Assembly (NCBI GenBank): GCA_963706595.1
Contig: OY970166.1
Span: forward strand, 1,408,001 to 1,472,000
Source of the DNA: an uncultured cyanobacterium
GTDB lineage: Bacteria > Cyanobacteriota > Cyanobacteriia > Cyanobacteriales > Nostocaceae
Direction of reading: 5' to 3'
DNA: 64,000 nt
The notes beneath the pieces are model-generated. The model saw only the letters and a program-made list of their open reading frames with translations, made no database searches and had not been told where the DNA came from. A program made the position numbers and the translations under genes. Shown piece by piece: positions 9,505-18,666 of this stretch; position 1 is the first letter of the stretch, and each line of letters opens with the position of its first letter.

Positions 9505-9621
9505 TGGCTTTAATCGCTTCATTTAACTGATAGCTTTTCAGGGATGAGATTTACTCGCAATCATCCCTGAGAGCTAATCAAATTGAACATTGTCGTCACA
9601 AATGCTTGAGGAGCAAATATT

Positions 9622-9858
9622 ATGGCAAACATCACTCTTTCTGAACTAAATAATGCTGGTGCTGAATTATTTCAAGATTCTGAAAGTTTCTTGAATGAAT
9701 TGAAAGATGTAGATTCCATCTCCGGTGGTAGCACCGACACCTACGGCGGCTATGTCAGCGATATTTCTACATTGACTAAGTTGGCTGAGGCATTTGTCAC
9801 AGTTTATGCAATTGGTCATGTTACCTACTTAGCCAAATCATTTAGTTCTGGATACTAA
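9622..9858 (+). CDS. Double-glycine-leader peptide precursor 3
   Basis: Paralog with the same RBS context. Confidence 0.8.
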   Translation: MANITLSELNNAGAELFQDSESFLNELKDVDSISGGSTDTYGGYVSDISTLTKLAEAFVTVYAIGHVTYLAKSFSSGY

Positions 9859-9973
9859 TGGCTTTAATCGCTTTATTTAACTGATAACTTTTCAGGGATG
9901 CTCCCCTCACAATCATCCCTGAAAGCCAGTCAAGTTGAAAACTATCATCACAAGCACTTGAGGAGCAAATATT

Positions 9974-10204
9974 ATGGCAAACATCACTCTTTCTGAACTA
10001 AACAATGCTGGTGTGGAATTATTTCAAGATTCTGAAAGTTTTCTGAATGAATTGAAAAATGTAGATTCCATCTCCGGTGGTAGCACCCATCAACCCTATG
10101 TCAGCGATATGTCCTTCCTGACTAAGCTGGCTGAGGCGTTTGTCTTCACTTACTCCATTGGTCATGTTACCTACTTAGCCAAGTCAGTTAGTTCTGGATA
10201 CTAA
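9974..10204 (+). CDS. Double-glycine-leader peptide precursor 4
   Basis: Paralog with the same RBS context. Confidence 0.8.
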   Translation: MANITLSELNNAGVELFQDSESFLNELKNVDSISGGSTHQPYVSDMSFLTKLAEAFVFTYSIGHVTYLAKSVSSGY

Positions 10205-10221
10205 ATAAGTTAATAAACTAA

Positions 10222-10254
10222 AGATCCCCGACTTCTTAAAGAAGTCGGGGATCT
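10222..10254. terminator. Palindromic repeat, probable bidirectional terminator
   Basis: AGATCCCCGACTTCTT-A-AAGAAGTCGGGGATCT between convergent genes; near-identical copy at 58655-58687. Confidence 0.65.
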
Positions 10255-10289
10255 AAACCTCTGAGTGGAGAACAAATCAGATAGGATTG

Positions 10290-11435
10290 CTATATAAAAG
10301 TCTCATAATTATCCTTTAGGAATCCTTCTAAGTTGGGTACATCTATCCAATTTGATGTTTGATGAGATTTATGAGATAAATCCATTAATAGTTGGGAATA
10401 AACGCCTTCTCGCAAGGATGGGACTATTTCTTGTTGGCGTTCAATTCCTAATACCCATTGGTCTACTACACGGGTAAATGCCGAAATGCGTCCGTCGGTG
10501 TGATGTTGGGGAAAAACTAAGCGACTGGGGATTTCGATTTCTTGGAGAGGTTGACCAGGCTGAGAACCCCAAACCCGAAATCCATGTATATAATCTTTTT
10601 GATTTTCACTACCTAATACTAGAGTACCGCGATCGCCATACACTTCTACCCAGTGTGTCCTCGATGCATGAACTACTGCACTGATAGTAACTTGGCAAGG
10701 TGTGCCATCAGCTAATTCCAGAGATAGCAGACAGGTATCATCTGTATTTACTGGCTTTAATTCTTGGCTAGCTGGGTCAATTCGTGCGGGAATGGCGGTA
10801 CTCAGGTGGGCGTTTAATCTGCTGACTGGCCCAAATAGCCAGGAAATATAATCGAAGGCGTGGGAACCTAAAGAACCTAATGCACCCCCGCCTTTGTCTT
10901 GGGAGGAATACCAATTCCAAGGGCGGGAAGTATCGGCGCGGGAGGAACCTAACCAATCAATTTTAATTAAGCGTTTGTTTCCTACATAGTTGCTGGCTAA
11001 TAATTCCGCAAATAATTGCCATCCGGGGACAAAGCGAAATTCAAAGTCTACTGTGGCGGTTACGCCTTTTGCTTGCGCTAATTGATATAGTTCTTTAGCT
11101 TCAAATACATTTAAAGTTGTGGGTTTTTCTAATAATAAATGTTTGCCGGCTTGCAGCACTTGTTTAGCCATTTCATAGTGCAGAAATGGTGGTGTGGCGA
11201 TACTCACGGCTTGCACTTCTGGTAATGCTAAAATATCGCCTACAGTGTCGCAGGCGTGCGGGATATGATGAGTCTCGGCGATGGCTTGGGCTTGATTAAT
11301 ATCTCGATGATAAACTGCTACTATTTCGGTGCGATGATGGGCTTTAAATCCGGGAATATGGACTTTTTGACCAAATCCTGTGCCAAGAATTGCTACACCA
11401 ATTTTATTTTGATTTGTGGGGATTTCGGAAGGCAT
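10290..11435 (-). CDS. Gfo/Idh/MocA family oxidoreductase
   Basis: GTGFG Rossmann motif, ATPPFLH, HLLLEKP, GGGAL..LGSH.FD. Confidence 0.9.
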   Translation of the reverse strand: MPSEIPTNQNKIGVAILGTGFGQKVHIPGFKAHHRTEIVAVYHRDINQAQAIAETHHIPHACDTVGDILALPEVQAVSIATPPFLHYEMAKQVLQAGKHLLLEKPTTLNVFEAKELYQLAQAKGVTATVDFEFRFVPGWQLFAELLASNYVGNKRLIKIDWLGSSRADTSRPWNWYSSQDKGGGALGSLGSHAFDYISWLFGPVSRLNAHLSTAIPARIDPASQELKPVNTDDTCLLSLELADGTPCQVTISAVVHASRTHWVEVYGDRGTLVLGSENQKDYIHGFRVWGSQPGQPLQEIEIPSRLVFPQHHTDGRISAFTRVVDQWVLGIERQQEIVPSLREGVYSQLLMDLSHKSHQTSNWIDVPNLEGFLKDNYETFI

Positions 11436-11475
11436 AATTAATAGCGTTTATATTATGGAAAATATGGATATGTTT

Positions 11476-11560
11476 CACGCAAAGGCGCAAAGGCGCAAAG
11501 GTAAGAAGGTAAGAAGGTAAGAAGGTAAGAAGGTAAGAAGGTAAGAAGGGAAGAAGGTAA
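11476..11560. repeat. Tandem 8-mers (CGCAAAGG)x3 then (GTAAGAAG)x7
   Basis: Directly visible in the sequence. Confidence 0.85.
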
Positions 11561-11656
11561 TTGTGACCAATACTTCCTTAGTGGTACAAGCCCCCAGATT
11601 TATCTGTGGAATCAATCCAAAATCCGAAATCCAAAATCCAAAATTGTATGACGGCT

Positions 11657-12826
11657 TCAGAATTTGAGGATTTCTTGATCATAGTTGTCGGGAAGGGGTT
11701 CTATTTCCCAGACTATACCTTCTCCTGCTTCTAAGGCAACTTCTATATACAGTTGTTCTACTGCTGTTGTGGCGATATCTTCATTGTTGGGAAATGGTTG
11801 TAAGTCTTCGGTGAGGAGTCTGAGTTTAAAACCGCCAGGAATCGCTGCGCCTATGGTTGCGTTACGTAATTCAAAGCGCCAATGTCGGGTGTCTGGTTGT
11901 CCTTGGGGTGTAATTAGCAGTTCATATAATTGACCTGCGATCGCAAGTTGGCGTGATAAGCTGACTTCTGGCTGTCTTTCTTCTATACTCCGCGCCCCCG
12001 CAGCACTTAATTGCAGATTTAACTTTCCCCAGCCTTTTGCGGCTGCAATTTGAGAAACACCGCTTTGCAACCATTGGATAACTGACCATTGTTCTGGTAG
12101 TCCTAAACGTTGTTCATATAAACGTTGTCGCCAACCGCCGGATGCAATTAGTCCCCCCCACAATGGAAAAGGGACAGCTAAACGCGGGGTGATGATTTCG
12201 GGATTTCCCAGGCGGGTAATTAAATTTTCGGCTTGTGCTTGTGGTAGAGTGGGTAAATCTACAGTGGCAATCCGTTTAACTTCATCTTGACAAAATTCTT
12301 TCGCCACGCTTAACACACTCATATCAGTAATTATATCATCTTCATCCAGCGCATAAGTGCGATCGCCTGGGTAATAATTACCTTTATTTTTCAGTTGTGC
12401 ATGAGTACAATAACCCCAAACCCTGACATAGCCTGCATCCGGTTCTACTTGTACTGCTAAGTAATAATCCCCCGCCCAGCTTGGTAAATCCACCCATTCT
12501 TGCGGCACACGCAATTCACTACTATCAATATTTTCACTGGGAACCAAAATAAATCTAGTTGCGTCTACGGTTACAGCTGTACCATTAACCAGTTCCCAAA
12601 AACTGGATACAGCCGCAGCATCAGGCCAAACTCTGGCTTGGGGTGTAAAATCTTCTTGCAACCAAGGCAAAACAGCCCCCAGACAAAGTTCATTAATATA
12701 AGCTTGATAACTCGTAGAATCAGCAAAAGATTGACTGTGAAGATTAACTTGATGTTTGACAGAGGTGGGAATTTCCAATATCAGGTCTGTGGAAGCAAAA
12801 CTTAAGATGGGGGTATTTGTATTCAT
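11657..12826 (-). CDS. DUF1822 family protein
   Basis: AYINELCL, WELVNG, LRVPQEWVD.P.W.GDYYLAVQV...VWGY motifs; C-terminal Ig-like P.G.KL.LL segment. Confidence 0.8.
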   Translation of the reverse strand: MNTNTPILSFASTDLILEIPTSVKHQVNLHSQSFADSTSYQAYINELCLGAVLPWLQEDFTPQARVWPDAAAVSSFWELVNGTAVTVDATRFILVPSENIDSSELRVPQEWVDLPSWAGDYYLAVQVEPDAGYVRVWGYCTHAQLKNKGNYYPGDRTYALDEDDIITDMSVLSVAKEFCQDEVKRIATVDLPTLPQAQAENLITRLGNPEIITPRLAVPFPLWGGLIASGGWRQRLYEQRLGLPEQWSVIQWLQSGVSQIAAAKGWGKLNLQLSAAGARSIEERQPEVSLSRQLAIAGQLYELLITPQGQPDTRHWRFELRNATIGAAIPGGFKLRLLTEDLQPFPNNEDIATTAVEQLYIEVALEAGEGIVWEIEPLPDNYDQEILKF

Positions 12827-12922
12827 AGGGTTTTCTCCGGAGAATCTTCGGCTTTTTTGAGTCCATTAGGGAAATATTCTCTTCCCCGGCAAAACAGACG
12901 TGACCATCTGTTCTAACATAAG

Positions 12923-14098
12923 TTATTCAGTAAACACATTGTAATAATTGTGCAACCATTCCTCAATCACAGCACTCATACTAGTTAGTAGGTCTGTTGT
13001 TACAGAAATATGCAAAATATCTTGACTCCAATTAGCCAAAGACCGCAGCAATATTTCTTTGGCTTTTGTCAGTCGTCGCGAAACTGTATATTGCTTGATT
13101 TCTAATTGTTTAGCAATTGCGTCTTGATTTAGCTGTTGACTATAGTATAGTTGTAAAATCTCTTGGACTTGCGGTTCGAGTTGAGCGATCGCATCGGCTA
13201 AAACTTGGTTAATCTCCACTTGTTGAGATGTGCGAATTTGGGCTTCTTCTTGGGCGACAATTTCATGGATTAAAGATTCTCGGTCTGTTCCTGGAAGATT
13301 ATCAAGTAATTCCCCTGAACCATCACCACCTTTAGATATATTTAGCGAATCCGGGGTGGGATAAAGATATTTTCGGACAGCTTTCGCTACACTTAGTAGC
13401 CACTTTTCTAAAGTTTGGGGGTTGACTTTTTCACTGCTTTGTGAATTGTAAGCTGTGGCGATCGCTTGCCAAATTTGCTCATCAGGTCGAGAAAGTTGGC
13501 GAGATTTAGCAGTTTTCGTAGGAACATAGAGAGTTTTAAAACATTGCCAAGCCAGAATATAAGCGTTAATCGTCTCTGAGGACAAGCCAGCATTTTGCAG
13601 AGACTCATCTAAACGCTTTTGGGAAGTTTTCCGCAATAAGCCCCAATCTGTACAGATATCAACTTCCCGGAGTTGGCGCAAAGCTTCGCGGATAGCACTC
13701 CCAAACACAATACTGGCGTAATTTTTCAAAGTACTGCTGTGACTGGGATTATAACCCTGAAGAACTTTATCCACCTGCGCGATCGCAATTTGAAAGCAAT
13801 CTGAAAGTTTGTACTGAGTACTAACGAAGTTAGCGGCTGTTTTTTGAGAACTCCAATAACAAGCTTCTTGTAAGTAAGCAGTGAGATGTTGTTGTGCCAA
13901 AAACTTAGTTTCAGGAACTTGCCAAAACTTATACCAATACAATACCCAAAAATTTGCAGTTGTATCATTGGGTATTTTTTGAAGACAACTTTGGATGCTG
14001 CGGCGCAGTCTGGATTCCGTCGCCCAATGACCAAAATTATCTCCGTCAAACTGCACGAAAGTTGAAAAAATTTCCGTGATGCTGGTTCGAGGCTGCAT
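12923..14098 (-). CDS. Cyanobacterial sigma-70-like protein with C-terminal region-4 HTH
   Basis: HL.AYLQEACYW and DWGLLRK motifs; C-terminal L.LYY...LNQ..IAKQL.IKQYTVSRRL HTH. Confidence 0.7.
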   Translation of the reverse strand: MQPRTSITEIFSTFVQFDGDNFGHWATESRLRRSIQSCLQKIPNDTTANFWVLYWYKFWQVPETKFLAQQHLTAYLQEACYWSSQKTAANFVSTQYKLSDCFQIAIAQVDKVLQGYNPSHSSTLKNYASIVFGSAIREALRQLREVDICTDWGLLRKTSQKRLDESLQNAGLSSETINAYILAWQCFKTLYVPTKTAKSRQLSRPDEQIWQAIATAYNSQSSEKVNPQTLEKWLLSVAKAVRKYLYPTPDSLNISKGGDGSGELLDNLPGTDRESLIHEIVAQEEAQIRTSQQVEINQVLADAIAQLEPQVQEILQLYYSQQLNQDAIAKQLEIKQYTVSRRLTKAKEILLRSLANWSQDILHISVTTDLLTSMSAVIEEWLHNYYNVFTE

Positions 14099-14134
14099 AA
14101 AAAATAGTAGACCAACCTAAAAGGAAAAGTGACA

Positions 14135-14160
14135 GCGTTAAAAGTCGCCTGCACAAACTT
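14135..14160 (+). promoter_or_regulatory. Shared upstream motif (copy A)
   Basis: GCGTTAAAAGTCGCCTGCACAAACTT, 24/26 identical to 15474-15499. Confidence 0.6.
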
Positions 14161-14266
14161 TACTACACAGAATGAGTCTCATGTTTCGCCTTGCACTCAA
14201 AAGATTCAAAATTCTGAATGCAAGGTTAATTAACCAAAAAACATTTTCTAAAATTGTGGAGAAAAA

Positions 14267-15286
14267 ATGATGTTGGGAAATTTTAAGAGAGCTAAATTGA
14301 TATTTTTAGCTGTTTTAAGCAGTTTATTAGTGAGTGTTAGCGCTTTTGCCCAAATACCCCGGATACCCCAAAATACTCAACTGGTAAAATCACAAGTTAC
14401 TATCACACAGTTAAGAAATGCAACAACTAAATTAAACCAGCTAGAAACTGCATTAAACCAAGTAGAACGCAAAAAAGTAGCTACTCTCAAAGACACTGAA
14501 CAAGTTGAAGAAGCAGCATTTGCTTATGCAGAAGCCATAAAAGCCGGCTTAGATAATGCTTTAAAAGAAGCCGAAACTTTAGCCAAAACCGAAGGCAAAC
14601 AAGGCAGTATTAATTCTTTGGTGACATTTGAAAAAGCCGAAAAAGAGAATCAGCCCCGGTTAGAAAAAATTGAACAAAGGGCGAACACGATTGAGAGACA
14701 AATCAAAGTAGGAACTATCAGACTTGATAAATCGATTATCCAAAATTTATCAGTTCCAGAACGCCAGGAGTTATTGGAATCCTTAGAACCACCAGCAAAA
14801 CAGATTTATCTGCGAGAACAACCAGCATTATTCAAACCTGTTCTGGAATTACAAATCAATAACCCTAATTTACAAACACCTCGAATTAACCCTAATTTAC
14901 AAACACCTCAAATTAACCCTAGTTTACAAATACCTCGAAACAATCTGAAATTCCTCGAAGAGAAGTTTGATAAATTCCAAAGCTTTGTCCCCGGAAATCT
15001 AGAGAATACATTAGCTAACTATCATGTTGGCATGGCAGTTTCTGGGATGATGCAAAGCATCAGCAATATGTTAATCCCTCCCGCTTATGCAGCCGCAGCA
15101 ATCCCCTGTATTGGTTACGCCGTTGCCGGCAAATGGAGTGGTTTAGCAGCTTGTGTAGTGAAGGCAGGTTCACAAGCCACAAGCATATATAATGATTTTG
15201 TCAGATGTTGGAATAACGCCAAGCGTCCTTTCCGTTGGCTAAAAAGAACCCGTTGCGTAGCGAGATTAATCGTCAGGATTGCTTAG
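14267..15286 (+). CDS. Secreted hypothetical protein: coiled coil, 3x 9-aa repeat, C-terminal cationic 4-Cys segment
   Basis: Signal peptide (..SVSAFA-Q), GGAG RBS, 27-nt tandem repeat at 14861-14941. Confidence 0.75.
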   Translation: MMLGNFKRAKLIFLAVLSSLLVSVSAFAQIPRIPQNTQLVKSQVTITQLRNATTKLNQLETALNQVERKKVATLKDTEQVEEAAFAYAEAIKAGLDNALKEAETLAKTEGKQGSINSLVTFEKAEKENQPRLEKIEQRANTIERQIKVGTIRLDKSIIQNLSVPERQELLESLEPPAKQIYLREQPALFKPVLELQINNPNLQTPRINPNLQTPQINPSLQIPRNNLKFLEEKFDKFQSFVPGNLENTLANYHVGMAVSGMMQSISNMLIPPAYAAAAIPCIGYAVAGKWSGLAACVVKAGSQATSIYNDFVRCWNNAKRPFRWLKRTRCVARLIVRIA

Positions 15287-15473
15287 GTTAAACCTTTTAA
15301 TAATTTAACTGTAGGGTGTGTTATCGCGTCAGCGTAACGCACCTTATTTTTGGAAACCGAATTCATTTTATTGACAAATTTACTCACTAAATGGAGTTTT
15401 TTGAAAAACCCAAAAACATTTTTGTTCAAAATCTGCATATAATGAGCAAATTCCACCTATTGATTAACTGAAG

Positions 15474-15499
15474 GCATTAAAATTCGCCTGCACAAACTT
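15474..15499 (+). promoter_or_regulatory. Shared upstream motif (copy B)
   Basis: GCATTAAAATTCGCCTGCACAAACTT, 20 bp before the start of 15520. Confidence 0.6.
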
Positions 15500-15519
15500 G
15501 ACCACAAGGAAAAAGAGAG

Positions 15520-16311
15520 ATGTTTCACCTACCATTTAAATCTTTAACTCTGGGTAGCATGGTAATCCTGTCTACTGCAACTACCGTTTTAGCCCAAGTA
15601 CAAGTAAGCCCACTAATCGCCCAAAGAACGAACTTTAGTTGTGGCCCTCATACAAGTACTTACGTAGTGGGAATATCAGATAATCTTGAAGTATCTGGTA
15701 TTCGCTGCGTCACCTTCAGTCAAGGTAAACCAGGAAGTACAATTCCCCGACTAGCATGGTACGGCGAAGGGAGTTGGGGTGGTTCAACTTATCGCCATGT
15801 AGGACAAGCTTTTTACAGAGGTTCTAACCTGGTTGGTTATGCTTCTGATATTCATGGTAACGGCGAAAGTTACAACAATGATTTTGGTAACGGCGATCTG
15901 AATATCGAAATTGTCAACAGATCAACTATTCGGATTACTGGTGCATGGAATGAAGAATGGAAATTAGTCTCAGCCGCTAATTACACACCATTACCCAAAG
16001 CGGAAACTTGCGGTACATATTTCGATGAATACACAGTTTCTGAACCCAATGGTAATAGTCAAGGTAATGGCTTACGTTGTGTGCTGCGGGTTGGTAGGAG
16101 AAATACTACTTGGTTTGGTAATGGTAATTGGGGAAATTCTACTTATTCCCATCTGGGAACCCGTTCTTTTAATGGTTACGGTGCGAATGATATTTGTGGC
16201 GATGGTTTCGGATCATTTTGTAATACCTTTGACTACGGTTCTGTGAAATTAAGTCCTGTAACTGGCGGATTTAATGTTACAGGTGCTTGGAATGAAAAGT
16301 GGCGACGATAG
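15520..16311 (+). CDS. Secreted hypothetical protein with an internally duplicated Cys/Trp/Gly-rich domain
   Basis: Signal peptide (..TVLA-Q); two copies of CG....Y.V...G.RCV...W.G.G.WG.STY.H.G...TGAWNE.W. Confidence 0.8.
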   Translation: MFHLPFKSLTLGSMVILSTATTVLAQVQVSPLIAQRTNFSCGPHTSTYVVGISDNLEVSGIRCVTFSQGKPGSTIPRLAWYGEGSWGGSTYRHVGQAFYRGSNLVGYASDIHGNGESYNNDFGNGDLNIEIVNRSTIRITGAWNEEWKLVSAANYTPLPKAETCGTYFDEYTVSEPNGNSQGNGLRCVLRVGRRNTTWFGNGNWGNSTYSHLGTRSFNGYGANDICGDGFGSFCNTFDYGSVKLSPVTGGFNVTGAWNEKWRR

Positions 16312-16428
16312 GGACTTCCAATTTAAAAAACATTCCATCGCTGAGGTAAGCAGGGGAGCAGGGAGCAGGGGGGATAAAGAACAAATATGGTCTGATGAAA
16401 TGGGTCATTTATTTTCTGGAAATCCCAT
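16309..16428. mobile_element. Miniature inverted-repeat element (uninterrupted copy of the 829-1108 element)
   Basis: Imperfect TIRs TAGGGACTTCCA / TGGAAATCCCATA; overlaps the TAG stop of the 15520 gene. Confidence 0.7.
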
Positions 16429-16468
16429 AATCCGATAATCAACCTCAGCGCCACTCTGGGTTAAAAAT

Positions 16469-18409
16469 TTAGATTTGCAACATCCCCTCTGGATTTACAG
16501 TTAAGAGCGATCGCCTTTGTAATCCCTCACGATATAAAATTTCATTAGCTGCTAACAAACCACTACTAACAGCCCGTTCCATTAATCCACAAGGAAAAGG
16601 CATTTTCACCCAATCGCCAGCAAACATTAAATTAGCAATACCAGAACTAGATTCTGGACGTTCAGCATAACTCTGGGGTGGATATCCCGAAAAGTTACGT
16701 TGATTGACTATTTCCCGATGCAGCATCGTGGCTTGTTTCAACTCAGGGACAATTTCATAAAGTTCCTGTTCAAAAGTAGTTAACAAAGCCTCTTGGGTAG
16801 GAAATTCCTTTTCCTTATAACAATAGGCGTGTAACTCAACTACACTTCCACCTGTGCGTTTTGACCAATCAATAAATTGTTGTTGAATACGATGATAAAG
16901 AGTAATGCTGTCTGTTAATGAATAGCCAGATAAAGAAGTAAAATTACTTTGTTCCCACTCAAAATCCTGGTCAAACCAGAAACGACACACAGCAAAAGGA
17001 TCGGCGATACTTAATTTTTCCACTTGCGATCGCACTTTGGGATCGACATCCCCACTCACCCGCTTAAATATTTGTTGCACACCAGGGACATCAGTAGCAA
17101 AAACATAATAATCGGCGGTGATTGTCTGCGGTGGTAATGATTCCGCATTTACTGCAACCAACTGTAACTGATCATCCTGGCGTTGGACTATTTCAAACTT
17201 CGGTAAATCGCGTTGGGCTGGCCCTTTGACAACCTTACCATCAGCAGCGAAAACCGCCCCATGACAAGGACAATGAAAATTACCATCTGCGGCTGGTTTG
17301 ACAGTACAACCTTGATGAGTGCAAGTTAGAGAAATAGCTGATTTACTATCAGCAGCAACGGCAAATACTTGATCAGCAGCACCAAAATATTCTACCTTTT
17401 CATCAGTAATAATTGCATTGCGCTTCACCCAGAAAGGCACATTATTGCTATCACTACCAAGATAATATTTGAGGCTATCAATCTTACCATCTACAGCCGG
17501 AATCTCACTTACTGTAGCATCAGTAATAATTTGTCCGCCGTTACTTTGAATAAATTTGGCAATCGGTTGGATTAAACTTGTCCCCATATCATCTACAGTG
17601 CCATTAAAAGCTAATCCTTCTGGGTTCCCAAAAAAGTAAAAATGGAAAAACTGCATGAGTTCGCCCACACTCATCTCATCTGGTGCATTCAAGCTAGATT
17701 TGGCAAAGGGGAGAAAATATAAATCATATAAACCTTGGGGAAATTCAGTTTTTACCCAGTCAGCCACAGAGATGTTATCAAAGCGGCGATAGTTTTTTTC
17801 GCGTTCAAAACCAGTAATGGCCTGAAAAACTTGTAAATGTTTGAACTTAGTGAGATTAATTCCCCAACGTAACCGATTTGGAGAGGCGATCGCTAAATCT
17901 ACAATATTCCAAGGGAACGCCGAACTACTGGGGCGAAACACTTCTGGTTTGTATTTTAAATCGCGATAAACCAGAGAATAAAAGTTTAATGATTGAAAAT
18001 TATCAGTAATTTCCAATTCCGAAACAATACTTTTGAGATTATAATATTGAGGGAAAAATCCATGAAAACCATGTTCCATCATAAAAGATTCCCCAGCCGC
18101 TTCAATCGGCCAACTGGCAATTTTGCCACCAAGTTGGGGGGCTTTTTCTAAAAGCGTCACAGCAAAACCCCTCTGACTCAATTCATAAGCACAAGCCAAA
18201 CCCGCTAAACCGCCCCCGACTACCGCAACAGTTTTATTTTTATTTAAGATTTGCGGCAATTCCAGAGTATCTGGTTGATAAACTGTGGGTTGAGGCTTAC
18301 TAAACCGGGAATATCCCGTACCTGCGACAACTGCACCCACACCAAATAACTTAAGTAGTGTCCGCCGGGATATAGTAGATGCTTCTGGTGAATTAAATAG
18401 TAAACTCAT
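16469..18409 (-). CDS. cruE: FAD-dependent oxidoreductase with inserted Rieske domain; CrtU/CruE-like carotenoid aromatic-ring synthase
   Basis: GGGLAGL FAD motif, EHGFHGFF.QYYNL, Rieske CTHQGC..CPCHG, FAGDWV..MERAV.SG; N-terminal SRRTLLK twin-arginine-like motif. Confidence 0.7.
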   Translation of the reverse strand: MSLLFNSPEASTISRRTLLKLFGVGAVVAGTGYSRFSKPQPTVYQPDTLELPQILNKNKTVAVVGGGLAGLACAYELSQRGFAVTLLEKAPQLGGKIASWPIEAAGESFMMEHGFHGFFPQYYNLKSIVSELEITDNFQSLNFYSLVYRDLKYKPEVFRPSSSAFPWNIVDLAIASPNRLRWGINLTKFKHLQVFQAITGFEREKNYRRFDNISVADWVKTEFPQGLYDLYFLPFAKSSLNAPDEMSVGELMQFFHFYFFGNPEGLAFNGTVDDMGTSLIQPIAKFIQSNGGQIITDATVSEIPAVDGKIDSLKYYLGSDSNNVPFWVKRNAIITDEKVEYFGAADQVFAVAADSKSAISLTCTHQGCTVKPAADGNFHCPCHGAVFAADGKVVKGPAQRDLPKFEIVQRQDDQLQLVAVNAESLPPQTITADYYVFATDVPGVQQIFKRVSGDVDPKVRSQVEKLSIADPFAVCRFWFDQDFEWEQSNFTSLSGYSLTDSITLYHRIQQQFIDWSKRTGGSVVELHAYCYKEKEFPTQEALLTTFEQELYEIVPELKQATMLHREIVNQRNFSGYPPQSYAERPESSSGIANLMFAGDWVKMPFPCGLMERAVSSGLLAANEILYREGLQRRSLLTVNPEGMLQI

Positions 18410-18666
18410 GTTGCAAAATTCAAGCTAGATTAGTTGAGTTCGTAGTTGTGCTTCCGGGATAAATGAGATTTTCAAATCACTTTTCCCCTGTCACTTTATC
18501 GTAAAAAAAATATTTTTGCAGAATTAGACAACTTGTTTAAGATTCATAGTAAAAATTTTTATCTGATAGAATATCAGACAGCAAAAGTTGAGTAAACCAA
18601 TTAGAAGATTATTTGATAGTTTAGTATATTATTTACTATTTAGCTACCAGGGGTTAATTTGCCGTC

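Noticed and set aside
8876..10204. Peptides as lanthipeptide or cyanobactin precursors
   Set aside because: Cores have no Cys, there are no cyanobactin recognition sequences, and no modifying enzymes are nearby
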